From: Camelus dromedarius
Taxonomy: Eukaryota
Assembly (NCBI RefSeq): GCF_036321535.1
Contig: NC_087436.1
Span: 119,042,001-119,106,000 of the forward strand
Length of the DNA stretch: 64,000 nucleotides
Direction: 5' to 3'
The notes under the pieces were generated by a model. The model did not search any database and was not told the origin of the DNA. It was given only the letters and a program-made list of their open reading frames with translations. How positions within the stretch are numbered: the first letter of the stretch is position 1; the number at the start of each line of letters is the position of its first letter. A program made the translations under genes and the position numbers. This document shows positions 36,384-48,269 of this stretch, in pieces.

Positions 36384-36986
36384 AATAATAATAAAAATGA
36401 TAATAATAATAATAATAATCCTGAAGTACAATCAGTTACATTGTGTCAATCTCTGGTGTACAGTGTAATGTCCCAGTCATGCATATATATACACATATAT
36501 TCATTCTCATAATCTTTTTCCTTAAAGGTTATTACAAGATACCAAACATAGTTCCCTGTGCTATACAGAACAAATTTGTTTTTTATCTATTTTTATGTAT
36601 AGTAGTTAATATTTGCAAATATCAAACTCCCAGATTTATCCCTTCCCATCCCCTTCCCACCCCACCACTGGGTAGCCATAAGATCGTTTACTATGTCTGT
36701 GAGTCAGTTTCTGTTTTGTAAATAAGTTCATTTGTGTCCTCTTTTTTTTTTTTTTGAGTCCATATACGAGTGACATCATATGGAATTTTCCTTTCTCATT
36801 CTGGCTTATTTAACTTAGAATTATGATCTCTAGGTCCCTCCATGTTGCTGCAAATGGCATCATTTTATTCTTTTTTATGGCTGAGTAGTATTCCATTGTA
36901 TAAATGTACCACAACTTCTTTATCCAGTCATCTGTCGATGGACATTTGGGTTGTCCATCAACATCCATGGACAATGTCCATCAACA
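36384..36986 (-). mobile_element. Young camelid-type L1, 5'-truncated, with TSD
   Basis: gaagtacaatcagttacattgtgtcaatctctggtgtacag...ccatgttgctgcaaatggcatcattttattcttttttatggctgagtagtattccattgt; TSD GAGGGCCAATT at 36373-36383 and 36987-36997. Confidence 0.9.
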
Positions 36987-37789
36987 GAGGGCCAATTTTT
37001 AAAGAAAAACAGTAAGTGAATAACAATGAGTGGTATCCAGGTGGTCCCTGACCCAATTGAGGGAGTAGAAATTTGACATAGTGTGACACAGTGACAGAGC
37101 AAACATCATACGTGATGAGGTCAGTCAGAGGACCTCAGAACACGTACGGCAGATTACACGTGGACAAGGGATCCCTTCACACGGAAGCCCCCCACCCAGC
37201 CAGGGATGTGGTGAGAACTCCATAAATGGTGTTTGTTACTATTCCTGCCATACCAATTTCTAGAAAAGGCAAGAATGGAATAAATAGAAACAGGCAGAAG
37301 AGCCCATGGTGACATTCGTGTGCAAAAGCAGTTCAAACAAATCTGCTTTCCATTAACCCTTCATAAGCGGTGGTTTGCAGTATCAGCAGAAATGACTAAT
37401 TACTCTAGTCTGAAGCCTAAAAAGGTAAAGAATAAGATTTATTATAAATGCAAGGGTGTGCACTCGTGTAGAAATGACTTGTTCTGCATTTTTGTGACGT
37501 GCACTGATTTATGGCACGACATTCATACAGAGCTGCCTTTTCTGTTTCTAACGCTCTAAATGAGACATGAATTAAAACGAAAATTAGAACTCTAACTTTA
37601 GCGTGATTCAAAATAGCTCATTTCCATCCCAGAAGAGCAGAGATGAAAAGTATCCTTCTTCTCAATTTTCTTCTAAATTAGGAGTGCGTGATCTGGGTTG
37701 ATGAACGCTTCTGGTCACAACCGGGTCCTGTGCACGCTCCCCTCCCCTGCAAAGTCTGCAAGTCTCCCCACTGACCCCTGCCTCCAGGC

Positions 37790-38390
37790 TCCTCTGCCTT
37801 GTTCAGTCTCCCCTCCAGGCCCAGAGAGATCTTCCTAAATTGAAAATCTGACTCTCATACTTCAGGTTCAATACCTCTGTGGGACAGCTATACCTCCAGG
37901 TCATGTCCAAGTGCCTTGGTACACTTCTCAGGGTCCTTAATAGCCAAATCCACACTTCCAGCCCTATCATGGCCAGCTTGAGCTTAAATCACACCTTGCT
38001 ATTTGCCGTTCCTCGTGCACACAGTGCTAGCTCACAGTTTTAGGGGCCAGCACCTCTATTCAGCCTGCCCTCTATTTTCACGTCACTGCCTGGAAAACTC
38101 TTGCTAGTCTCTTAAGTACAGCTCAAGGAGCACTACCCCACCATTGTCCATCCCTCCATCACTAAGGAGAGGGCTCACAGCCCTGTGGTCCCTTCTTTCC
38201 TAGAGCTTGTCAAGATAACACTGTGGTTACTGTGGTTGTCTCTGTCCAACTGTCCTTCCCTCTACAGCCACTTCCCCAGGGCATGACCATGGGGATCTAG
38301 CCATCTCCAGGTCCCCAGTGCATAGCATGGGGTCAGCTAACAGCTGGAAAGCAATCCACATAGATAAGTGGACAGACAGATGGACTGGTG
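37790..38390 (+). mobile_element. L2 fragment (donor of the local duplication)
   Basis: ccagagagatcttcctaaattgaaaatctgact...cctggaaaactc...cagctcaagg...ccccagtgcatagcatggg. Confidence 0.6.
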
Positions 38391-38914
38391 AGCAAATGCC
38401 CCTCAGATTCATTTTCTGGGAAGTCCTCAGAAAAGAGTATCCACCTTTAGAGCTTCATGCCTGAACAGCCCTATGTCCTGGCAAACTCAGGCTGGAACCC
38501 AGTCTCATAAGCAGGAAAGCAGAAACAGGGAGCCCAGAGTCCTGTCAGGCTGTCCTCCTGGGCCAAGGGTTTGCAGGGTGGGTATGGGGAGGACAGATCA
38601 GCAACTCCCAGGCACCACAGCACTGACCAGAGGACGGCCTGGCTCTGGATGTAACATGCGGAATTCTTTACACCCCGCTGTGGTCCCTGGGGCCCAGCCA
38701 GTGGGGTGACCCAAGGCAGTACTTGGGTGCTTCCCCGGCGCTGTCCATGGTGCTGACTTCCAGGCTCTGGTTCAGCCCAGGGCCTCAGCAATTCCCTCCT
38801 CATCTGGCACTGTCTCAGAGTCTTCTGGCACAGTTGACAGCCACTGCCTAGGTCCTGTCTCAAGGTATGTCCCGGAACTTCCTTTTGAATGAGTACTTTG
38901 GTCTTTTCACTTCC

Positions 38915-39640
38915 CTGTACTAGGTTGGACCCTGAAGCAAGGATTTGAGAGGAAGTGATTAGGAAGTGGTCCCAGGAAAAACTAGAAAGGGTGTGGGGAG
39001 TGGGGCCAGGATGGAAAGGAGGCCAAGAGGGGAGTGTGACCAAGGAAAGTCTCAAGGAGGGTGACTTTGGTTCAGTCTTGTGGGGAGCTCTGGGGCCTGT
39101 GTAGGTCCAAGTGCCTCGGTACACTTCTCAGGGTCCTTTATAGCCAAATCCACACTTCCAGCCCTATCATGGCCAGCTTGAGCTTAAATCACACCTTGCT
39201 ATTTGCCGTTCCTCGTGCACACAGTGCTAGCTCACAGTTTTAGGGGCCAGTAACTCTATTCAGCCTGCCCTTTGTTTTCACATCACTGTCTGGAAAACTG
39301 CTAATCTCTTAAGTACAGCTCAAGGAGCACTACCCCACCATTGTCCATCCCTCCATCACTAAGGAGAGGGCTCACAGCTACCTGTCAGGGTGTCCTGATC
39401 AGGAGTGAGGGGTCTGGGGTATTTGTGCCACCTCACCTGTCAAACTGGGTGCGGGGTTTCCCTCAGAGGACACAGCTTCCCAGGACCTCCCTCCACAGGC
39501 AAAGGGGGCTCTAGCAGCCTGAGGGAGAGCCAGATGCAGGGGTCCTTTGCATAAACACAGTACAAGGGTCTGAAGGGCATGGGCAGAGGCTGGGTGACCT
39601 CGGTCACAGACCCCACCTCCAACCTCCTCATCCTCAAGCC
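38915..39640. mobile_element. ERVL LTR remnant (LTR16/LTR33-like), split by a 274-bp insertion
   Basis: gaccctgaagcaaggatttgagaggaagtg...gtcccaggaaaac...ggggagctctggggcctgtgtag [insert] ...gagggggtctggggtattt. Confidence 0.6.
39105..39378 (+). repeat. Dispersed direct copy of 37905-38181
   Basis: Manual alignment gives about 9 substitutions and one 3-bp indel over ~275 bp. Confidence 0.97.
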
Positions 39641-39649
39641 CTTTTCCAC

Positions 39650-40200
39650 ACTGACACCACAGTGATCACAACAGTGGTCCTTCTTGACCCAACTCTGGTC
39701 TCTCGCTCAGCTCAAAGCCCTGCCTGACCCCACTGGCTGCAGGGAAGGTCCAGGCTCCTCAGCCTGCCCTTCAAGGCTTCCACGACCTGCACCCTGACTC
39801 CCACCTTGGACTTTACATTTCTGCTCAGTGGAGGCCCTGCAGTCCCCCAACACACACTTTCTCACTGCCTGGCCTCTATTCAGGCTGTGATCTCTTGCTG
39901 GAGAGTCCTCCCAGGGGTGCTCCCCTGGCTTATGGTCCGGGCATCACCCTCTGCCCTGCAGCTATATGACCCACCCAGCCCACCTGGGTCCCTGCCCCTT
40001 GCTCATGTCTCAACCTCCATCCCTTAGCCCGGGCCTCTGCTCCCCTCGTTACCATCCCAAGAGGAGGAAAGGAATGTCAGGAGTGAACTGGGAATGTAAT
40101 AAAGAGTGATGTCGTGGAAAGAGAGGGGATGGGGCCCCCACCCACATGAGATGATGGCAGCATCTGGCACTGTGCGTCTCAGGGCACAGACACAGCCCCT
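39650..40200 (+). mobile_element. L2 fragment
   Basis: ctcgctcagctcaaagccctgc...gtccaggctcctcagcctgcccttcaaggcttccacgacctg...caggctgtgatctcttgctggagagtcctccc. Confidence 0.55.
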
Positions 40201-40222
40201 GAGTCTCAGTATGTGCACCTGC

Positions 40223-40294
40223 GGGGGTGTAGAGCTCAGCAGTAGAGCGCATGCCTAGCAGCACAAGGTCCTGGTTCAACCCCCGTACCTCCAT

Positions 40295-40350
<56 letters not shown>

Positions 40351-40352
40351 AA
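40223..40352 (+). mobile_element. tRNA-Ala-derived SINE (Vic-1-like) with (TAAA)14 tail
   Basis: GGGGGTGTAGAGCTCAGCAGTAGAGCGCATGCCTAGCAGCACAAGGTCCTGGTTCAACCCCCGTACCTCC followed by perfect (TAAA)14 at 40296-40351. Confidence 0.85.
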
Positions 40353-41119
40353 GAATCTCTTTAAAAATCTTCATCTGTAACTTGGGGTCACAGACCTTCC
40401 TCTTAGCGCTACCATCAGAAATAAGTGCCTGGTGCATGCAGCTCTCAGCCAAATGTGGTTCCCTCCCTCTCCACCCTACTGCCTCCCTGCGCATCTCACA
40501 GGCCATGGCAGAAGCCACTGACCACCTGGTCAGACCAGCACAAGGCCCATCTGAGCCAAACACTGACTGTGGGTGGGAGAAGCCAGCTGGCCAAGATGAC
40601 CACCTCACTCTCGGATGCATCCTGTTCCTTGAGCCACGGAGCCCAGGCTGTCACATTCTGATTTGACTCAGAAGGCTGTGACATGTGGCATCTTGGCATG
40701 CAATGAAACCGCCAGCGGCTTGGGCGGATCCAGGGCAAGAAGGCCACCAGTCTGTCTAACAGGCCATCTCCCAGGCTGGTTCCCAGCACCTGGCCTGCCA
40801 CTCCCGGCCATCTGCCCTCGCCAGCAGAAGCCCTATGCTCCCCTCCAGGCCTCAGGCTGCAGGTGATTCTCCTGCCTGGGGTGAGAGTTGGGGAGGGGAG
40901 CATCAACCCACTCGGAGCCCACACCAGGAAGCTGAGCCTACCCTCAGCCGCAGCCCCTGGGCAATGATGCTCTGCTGACCATTCAGCTCAGTTCAGTTCA
41001 GGCCACATCAGGCCCCACTGTGCACCAAAAACAGCACGGCCCAGGTGGGCTGGAGAGAGAACACAGTGACTATGATTATGACCACCGCGATGATCAGAGC
41101 CGCCCCTGGCTGTGGCTTG

Positions 41120-41540
41120 AGCACTCACTAAGTGTTTTATATGAATTAACTCATTGAAGCTTCCCACAACCCCAGGGCCTGAGTTAGTTTTATCGTCTCC
41201 ATTTTACAGATGAAAAAACAGAGACAGAGAGATTAAGCAGCTCACCCCAGGCCACAAGCTGTGAGAGCAGTGGGCTGTGGAGGCACACGCTCTGTCTGAC
41301 TCCAGCATCCAGCTCCCACTGCTGCCCCGAGCGCCCAGCGGCTGCCAGCTGCGCAGCTGGGCCCAGCGCGCCCCACGATGTGCTCGGGGTCCCCAGAATT
41401 TGTCCAAGGGAGGCACTGGTAGTCTTTTGACCACAGCTGAGGAGACTGAGGCTCAGAGAATTTGCATGACTTGCCCAAGGCCACGTGGAGGACTTGGCCT
41501 TGAGTCTGCTGGGCTCTGAAGCCCACACTCTGAATCCCCA
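41120..41540 (-). mobile_element. Two MIR fragments
   Basis: tccattttacagatgaaaaaacagagacagagagattaagcagctcacccc; gaggagactgaggctcagagaatttgcatgacttgcccaaggccac. Confidence 0.75.
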
Positions 41541-43429
41541 TGCTTGTCGGCCTCCTTGCCTGGTTACCAACATGCCTCAACCATTTCCACACACCGTGAC
41601 CTCCGGCATCCTGGAGAACAAAGCCCTATAGTGCTCCCAACTTTCTAAACTGCCGGGAGGTATGAGGCCCCCCAGCAGCCACTTGCAGGACTAATTCTGT
41701 GCGTGCTCCTGCCTGTTCAGCCTCTACAGGATCAGTGCCATCTCTCAAAACTGAATTTGGCTTCTCCATCTTCTACTGATTTTATTGCAAAAGTTTTTAT
41801 GGGCAAAGGTATCTCTGACATACACAGGTTGCCCTCCAGACCAAACCGTTCCTCCCGGCTGTCCGACACTGCAGCAGGAAGCAGTCCAAACTGGCATGCA
41901 AGAGCCCAGGGACACCCAGGGGCCCCGGGGTCGTCAGGCACGGTGAGGGGAGCCAGCTTACTCCCGCGTGAGTCACCCCCTATTTGTGGATGTTTCCCGC
42001 AAGTCACCGCAACACGTGGCTGGAACAGTGACTGTGACCCTCAGCAGCCTGGTGGCAAGAACAGGAGCTAAAAGGTCAGGAAGTCCTGAGTTCAAACCCC
42101 ACCCTGCCACTTCCTGGCCGTGTGACCTTCCCCGGTGACTCAGCCACTCTGGGCCTCTTGTTCCTGGTCTGTATAAACACCGTGGCAATGCCCGGCGTGT
42201 AGCGCTATAAAGAGGCTCTGGAAGATGCTGGGGGCTGGGCAAGTGTATTCCCTCCCCACTCCACCCCTAGCAGTCCTTGCAGACCATCTGGCCCAAGGGA
42301 TGCAAACAGATGGCTCCTGGGTGCATCGCACCCGGCTGCCTCGCTCGGCCCACGCAGCCTTGAAGGCAGTGTGACGAGGCCGGGGTTATTTCAGCCCAAC
42401 ACAACAGCAGCACAAGCCACCGTCCCTGGTCACGTATGTGAGCTGCCTGCAGCCCTTTGCCAATGATCGGGACCCAAACACCTGACCATAAAAAGACAGG
42501 GATTGTGCATTTCAGAGGTTTTTTTCTAACTGGGGGTGCGGTGAGGGCTTCGTTTCTTCACTTCTTTGAGTGCAAGGAAGCTGCACATGGAAGGAGAATC
42601 ATGGTGCAAAAAGATAAAAACATCTCTGTGCTTCTGAGCGAGGACTAGCCGGGCAGATGGTCTGCACCCAGCAGTTTCTGCTGTGACATATTCTGATGAC
42701 CCTGCATAAGTCAGAGAATGTCCACTAGGCTGGGAGGTAGGCTGCAAGGAGCACTCCTGTGCGGTACCTTCACATCCATGGCCTGGTAGCTTCAAAAACC
42801 TCTCCTGAAGCCTTTTCAGGGTGACTCCCAGTAATCTCTCTGTAACACCTAAGAATATTCCAGAATATTCCAGTGTTCGCTGCCTAGGTGAGATATGACA
42901 CACTGGGATCATTTGCATGTCTGCACCAGCAACCATGCACTTAATTAATCCGACTGGAACCAATTTAGAGGGACTTAATTAAATTTGCAAAAAACAGCAT
43001 GGCAGAGGAAGTTCAGCCTGTTCACCTGTTAACCAAATATTCAAAGAACAAGTGAGGTGACGGCTCATCTCCTACAAAAGCGCAGCTTCGTAAATAGGCT
43101 GGTGAGATTGTAGTTTCAGAAAAACGGAGTTCTAAATGTACAACTGTCACCAACCCAAGCGGCTCAGCGGCCTTTCTGAGCATCAAGGCTCCTGCTCGCT
43201 CCAGACGTTCTCACCTTGACGCGATGTTCCCAGGGAAGCCCTCATGTGTCCCAGAACCTGAAGCAGGAGTAGCAGACCTGCCACCCCTGAGGGGACACGA
43301 GGGCTCAAGCCCAGCGGAGGGGACTGCGCCAGATGCTCCCCAAGGACCACACCCCGGCCCCGAGAGCCAGTGTTTCCTGGGCGTGGGTTCTGCCACCTCC
43401 AGGCTGCGGAGCTCCAGGCACATTCCCTG

Positions 43430-44120
43430 ACCTCTCTGCACCTCAGCTTCCTCACCTGTGACAAGTCAATGATGACGGACCTACCCTACAGGGACATGAT
43501 GAAGATCAAGGTAAAGTGCTCGGAACAGTACTTGACCTGTAGGAGTGCCCAGAAAATGTTAGTTACTATCCTGAGGAGTCTGTGCCGCAACTTCAAACCC
43601 AACCCCGCCCCCACCCCGGGCCAAAAGGACAGAGTTCCCCCACCCCACCCAAACTCCCACCAAGCACGACTTGACTTGGAAGAGCAGGGGACATTACTTC
43701 CCCAGCCCCACCCCTGAGTTGAGACTAATTTTCGCCTCAATGTGGTCTTAACCCACCCCCACTGCCAGGCCTGGCAACCAGTCCACTGGGAAGCAACTGG
43801 ACCTTTGCAAAGAGCACCGGAGTTGGAGTCAGACCTGGGCTTGAGTCCCAGATCTACCTCTTCCCAGGAGTGAGCAAAGATCATGCCGCCTTCCCGAGCC
43901 TCAGTTTCCTCATCTGTAAAATGGAAATTAATACCACCCACCTTGTGGGACTAACGTAAGGATCAACGAAAACTTGTCCACCAGCCATAAGCCCCGTGGC
44001 CATGGAAATACTGATGACACCTTCTCATCGCCCCTCATCAGCCATCTGTGAGGCAGGCAGGGCAGGCAACCATGTTCCCATTAATCAGATGAGAAAGGTG
44101 AGGCTCAGAGAGGTCATGCA
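43430..44120. mobile_element. Cluster of three MIRs (two +, one -)
   Basis: cctcagcttcctcacctgt (~43440); ggagtcagacctggg...cctcagtttcctcatctgtaaaatgg (~43825-43925); cagatgagaaaggtgaggctcagagagg (~44090). Confidence 0.8.
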
Positions 44121-46621
44121 GTCCACGTCAGCCATCTCTCATTGAGCAAAAGGTTCTGCTGGTGAAAAAAAACAAACCTGCTGGATAAAGGAGTGAGTGG
44201 ATGAATGCACCAGGGCTGCAGGAGACAACTAAGGGGTGCATGGATTTATCCAGGCAACAGCTGATTAACGGGCTCAAAGCACCGAGGCCCTGCCAAGAGA
44301 ATGCTGGAGAACTGTGCTGGCTGCAGCTCAAGACCCGCCAGAGGAAAGGGAGCTGCAGGCGAGGGCCAGTTCCGGAGGTCCCCGGGAGCCAGCCTGGGTC
44401 TCGTATACAGGAGCCTTGGGGGCCTGGGTGGGCAGTGCCGGTGGGCTTACACTCACTGGCCGAGGAGAACGTGGAGCGGGGAGCCCGTGACTCCCAGCCA
44501 GAGGCCTAAGAGGTGCAGGAAAGGTCCTGGCAGAGGCCCCCACACCCATCAGTGGGGGACATGCAGCCCTGGCAACTCCCACTACACAAGAGCACAGAGG
44601 AGCCGCCTACTCTCCGTTTCCATGGGAATCCCCTTGAAATAACCCTCCAACGGCTGTTGTTCTTCTCTGCGGAGGAAGAGCTCAGGGTAAATGTGATGGA
44701 GGGAGGCGGGCACTCATCGACACCCAGGATGCCATGGAAATTTCAAGGCCCAGCCCCACACCACCCACCCCCTCTCACCAGCAGAGATGACCAGGGCCCT
44801 GGGGCAGGCTTCGCCTTCACTCCCGCCTCTGTGGGGGCACCACGACTGTTTTCTTGATAACTGAACGACAAGGAGGAAACTGGCGATCGCATCTAAAACA
44901 ACACCCATCTCTCTTGGAAAAGGCTCCCTGCTGGCCAAGAAGGCCCGGGTGCACAGGGACACGGCCTGGGATCAAATCCTGCAGCATGACCTGGAAGAGC
45001 CCCTGACCTTAGAGCCCCCTTTTCCCCTTTTCTCAAGTGTCCATGGTGAGAGCAAAGGGATACAGAAGCCCTGCACATCCTGCAACTCCGAAGTCACTGG
45101 CTCCCTACCCCCGAGTGCAATGGGGATGCGTTTGCCTTATTATCCTAAAAAATTCTGGAAAAGTTCTCTGGTCCTGAAGCAAGAATCTGTTGAGGTCTCC
45201 TGGAGGCAGGAGGGTGGCAGGCTCCCTGCATGCCCTTGTGGGACGTGGTGGCTGTCACACACAGAGAAGAGCAGGCATGGCTCAGCGGGGTCTCCAAAGG
45301 CTACCAGCTCCTGAGAAGGGTCATTCCTGCAAGTGTTTACTGGGCACTTTGCACCAGACCTGTTTGCAGCCCTCTGCACCCATTTTCCACATAGTTCTCA
45401 CAGCCACCCTCCGATTTGAGACCTGTTATTCCTGCTTCGCAGACAGGAACACTGAGGCCCCAGAGGTCACCTGGAGAGGGGAGGCCAGCTAGAACCCAGG
45501 CCCTGGTCTCCCAAGGATAGCAGGTGGCCCTCGTAACGGTCACCCTGGGACCACCCTGCCCTGCCTGGGTCCCCCCTGCCCTGCCTGGGCCGACCCACCC
45601 TACTGAGCTCCAAGCTTCAGAGCTGAAAGCCCAGGCTCAGGTCCCAAGAGGACCCTCAGGGTGGGGCCCTCCGAGGCTGCTGCTCCATGTCCCTGTCCCT
45701 TTTGAGTCTGATCACTCTGCCCCTCCCCCAGTCCCATGGCCACTCGGCCCTCCCATCACACCACCTGACTCCTGCTGACCCACAGGTCGGCAAGTCGGGG
45801 CCATGGAAGCCAAGTGACTCTCCCCAGGGCCTTCAGCTGGGACTCCTGGAGCAGGGCCACAGATGGAAACTGCCACTTCCAAGCCCCTTTCCTCTGTGCC
45901 TGGCTGGCCCCTCAGAGCTGCAGACAAGCAAAGGGACCACAAGGCAATGGTTGTGACCCCAAAGGGACATGCTGCAGTAAGAGGCGACTGCATGAAGGAG
46001 GGGAAGACCATTCACTGGTTAACCCAGAAAGTCTCAGTTAGCCCAGGGCAGTGGGCCAGGGGGACCCCGGCAGGTAACAGAGATGTCCCAGATGATGACC
46101 CCTCCAACAGAGAGCCCCTTGCAGCCCCCGCTGACCTCCCTGCACTTGGCCTTAAATCAACCAGCCAACCTCCATCCCTGAGAGGTGTCCCTGCAGAACC
46201 CTGGCCAGGCTCTAGTGACCAAGCACACCTGAGGGCGGGGACAGGACACGGCCCTCCACTCAGCGTCTTCCCACACGGGCAGCCGGGAGCGCAGAGGACG
46301 CCCGAGAATGTTTCCGAAGGATAGACTCTGAGTGGGGTAGAGAGCCCCACACCCTGGTGCCGGCGAGGACTGGGGCGACTGGCACCACACACTTGGCTAC
46401 ATTAATCGGAATAAAAATACACACACCCTTTGACCCTCCAATACCCACCTGTGGGAATGAATCCTCAGATACGTGGCGCAAGCTTTCACCTGTAGGATCA
46501 CGTGAAATGGAGGAAAAATAAAAACTAGACACAACCTAAAGTCTCTCTATAGGTGACTGTTTAACCAGCTGTCCCCCATTCCTGCAATGAGGTCTGTGCG
46601 GCCGTGAAAGACAGCAGGGCA

Positions 46622-46790
46622 AGACACCACGAGGTCCTACTGCGGAGCACAGGGAACTCTGTTCAACACCTTGTAACAGCCTGTCATGGAAAAGACTATG
46701 AAAAGGAATATATATAAGTAACTAACACAACACTGTAAACTGACTGCACTTCAATGATAATTAAAAAAAAAAAGAGAGAGAGAAAACAGA
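46622..46790 (+). mobile_element. 5'-truncated camelid-type L1 3' end
   Basis: ggtcctactgcggagcacagggaactctgttcaacaccttgtaacagcct...aacactgtaaactgactgcacttcaat plus A tail. Confidence 0.8.
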
Positions 46791-47524
46791 GCAAGCTCTG
46801 TGTGCCAATTCAGAAACAACCACAGCTTCACGTTACACCACTGCCCTGCTCTAATATTTGCTACCATAAGAATACATGGCTTTGATTTTTAATAATAAAT
46901 GATGTTTGATTTTGACTATAAAAGCCACTGCTAATAAAATTTCACTAAGTGTATACTGGAGAGGAACGAAAATACAGAGCTGCACAGATGGGAGGCATTC
47001 GACCCCGCGGCCCCCTGCCCTGAGCTGGCCCCGTGCCCCTCCGCTGCCCCGCCCTGCGCCTCCATGGGGAGGGGCTCCCCCGTCAGGACGTCCAGCCCCC
47101 GCGCACGGCAGGGTGAGGTGCACAGCGCGGACAGGAGAACGACAGATTCGGCAGGGACGTGGATCTCTAAGTCCTGGAACCCCAGTCACCTAAGCCCCTG
47201 CCTGAGAGCTCTGGAAAACGGGCTGTCTCCCACAGGGCCTGTCCTGAGAGACCAGAATCTTCTTTTCTGCTTTCACCAGATGCCAAATGCTGGGGGAGAA
47301 AAAGCTGGTCCTGATCATGGGAATGGGGCTCCCAGGGCCAGCGAGGAATGAAAAGAGGCTGATCCCAACCTGCGCACAGAGGCACCCAGCAGGGCTTCCG
47401 AGCTGAGTTTCTGTAGGATCCACCTTCATTTTCTTTCATTGCGTTGCCCGTCCTAGATGGCCCTGAGGGGTGGAGCTTCCCGCAGCAGCAAAATCAGCTC
47501 CAGGTGATGCAAGGTGTGGTGGAA

Positions 47525-47690
47525 ATGGCATTTGCTATGGAATCAGGCAAAGCTGGGTCTGAACCCCATTCCCACCTCCCTGCTGGCTGTGCAACCCAGG
47601 GCTGGAAGCCTGACCTCTCTGAGCCTGTGTTCTTACCTACAGAATGGAGTGGGTGGTACCAGCACTAACTGCAGAAGGCTATTGAGATAA
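47525..47690 (+). mobile_element. MIR SINE
   Basis: ggaatcaggcaaagctgggtctgaacccc...acctctctgagcctgtgttcttacctacagaatgg. Confidence 0.65.
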
Positions 47691-48269
47691 GGATCGAGGT
47701 GCCTTGGACCAGTATCCAGCTCTAGAAACACTGGCTTCCCCATGCCTGCATCAACACCCCCATTTTAAATCTAAACAAAGGCTCTGTCTCTTACTTTATT
47801 GGGCAAATGGCTACCCAGTTCTTCATCTGGGTCAGAGACAGATCAAGCAACGGTTCAGCTGCACTCTCAAAGCCGGCCAAGTGCTTGAAGGAAAACGCCA
47901 GATGATTCGCACAGTGGGTCAGCTCAGGGGATTCCGGCCCTTCAGCATCCCAGCCAATAAAGACGGAAGGCTGATGGCAGAGCTGGCCAACGAACCCACC
48001 AGCCACCCTGGACATGGTACCCAACCCAGAGCCCCGGGTATAAGGAGATCCGTGCAGACCTGAGCGAGGGCTGAATGGGCATCTGCAGGCCTAGGTTCGA
48101 ATCCCAGCCTGCTCACTCAGAAGCTGTGAAGCCCCAGCCCCCATTTCCCTGTATGTCAATTGGAGGTAACAATTCCACATTCCACAGGGCGGGGTGCCGG
48201 GGGCCTTGAACTGGGCCTGCCTCTGCCTCCCCTTCACACTGACTCATGCCTGCTGACCCTTGGAACCTT

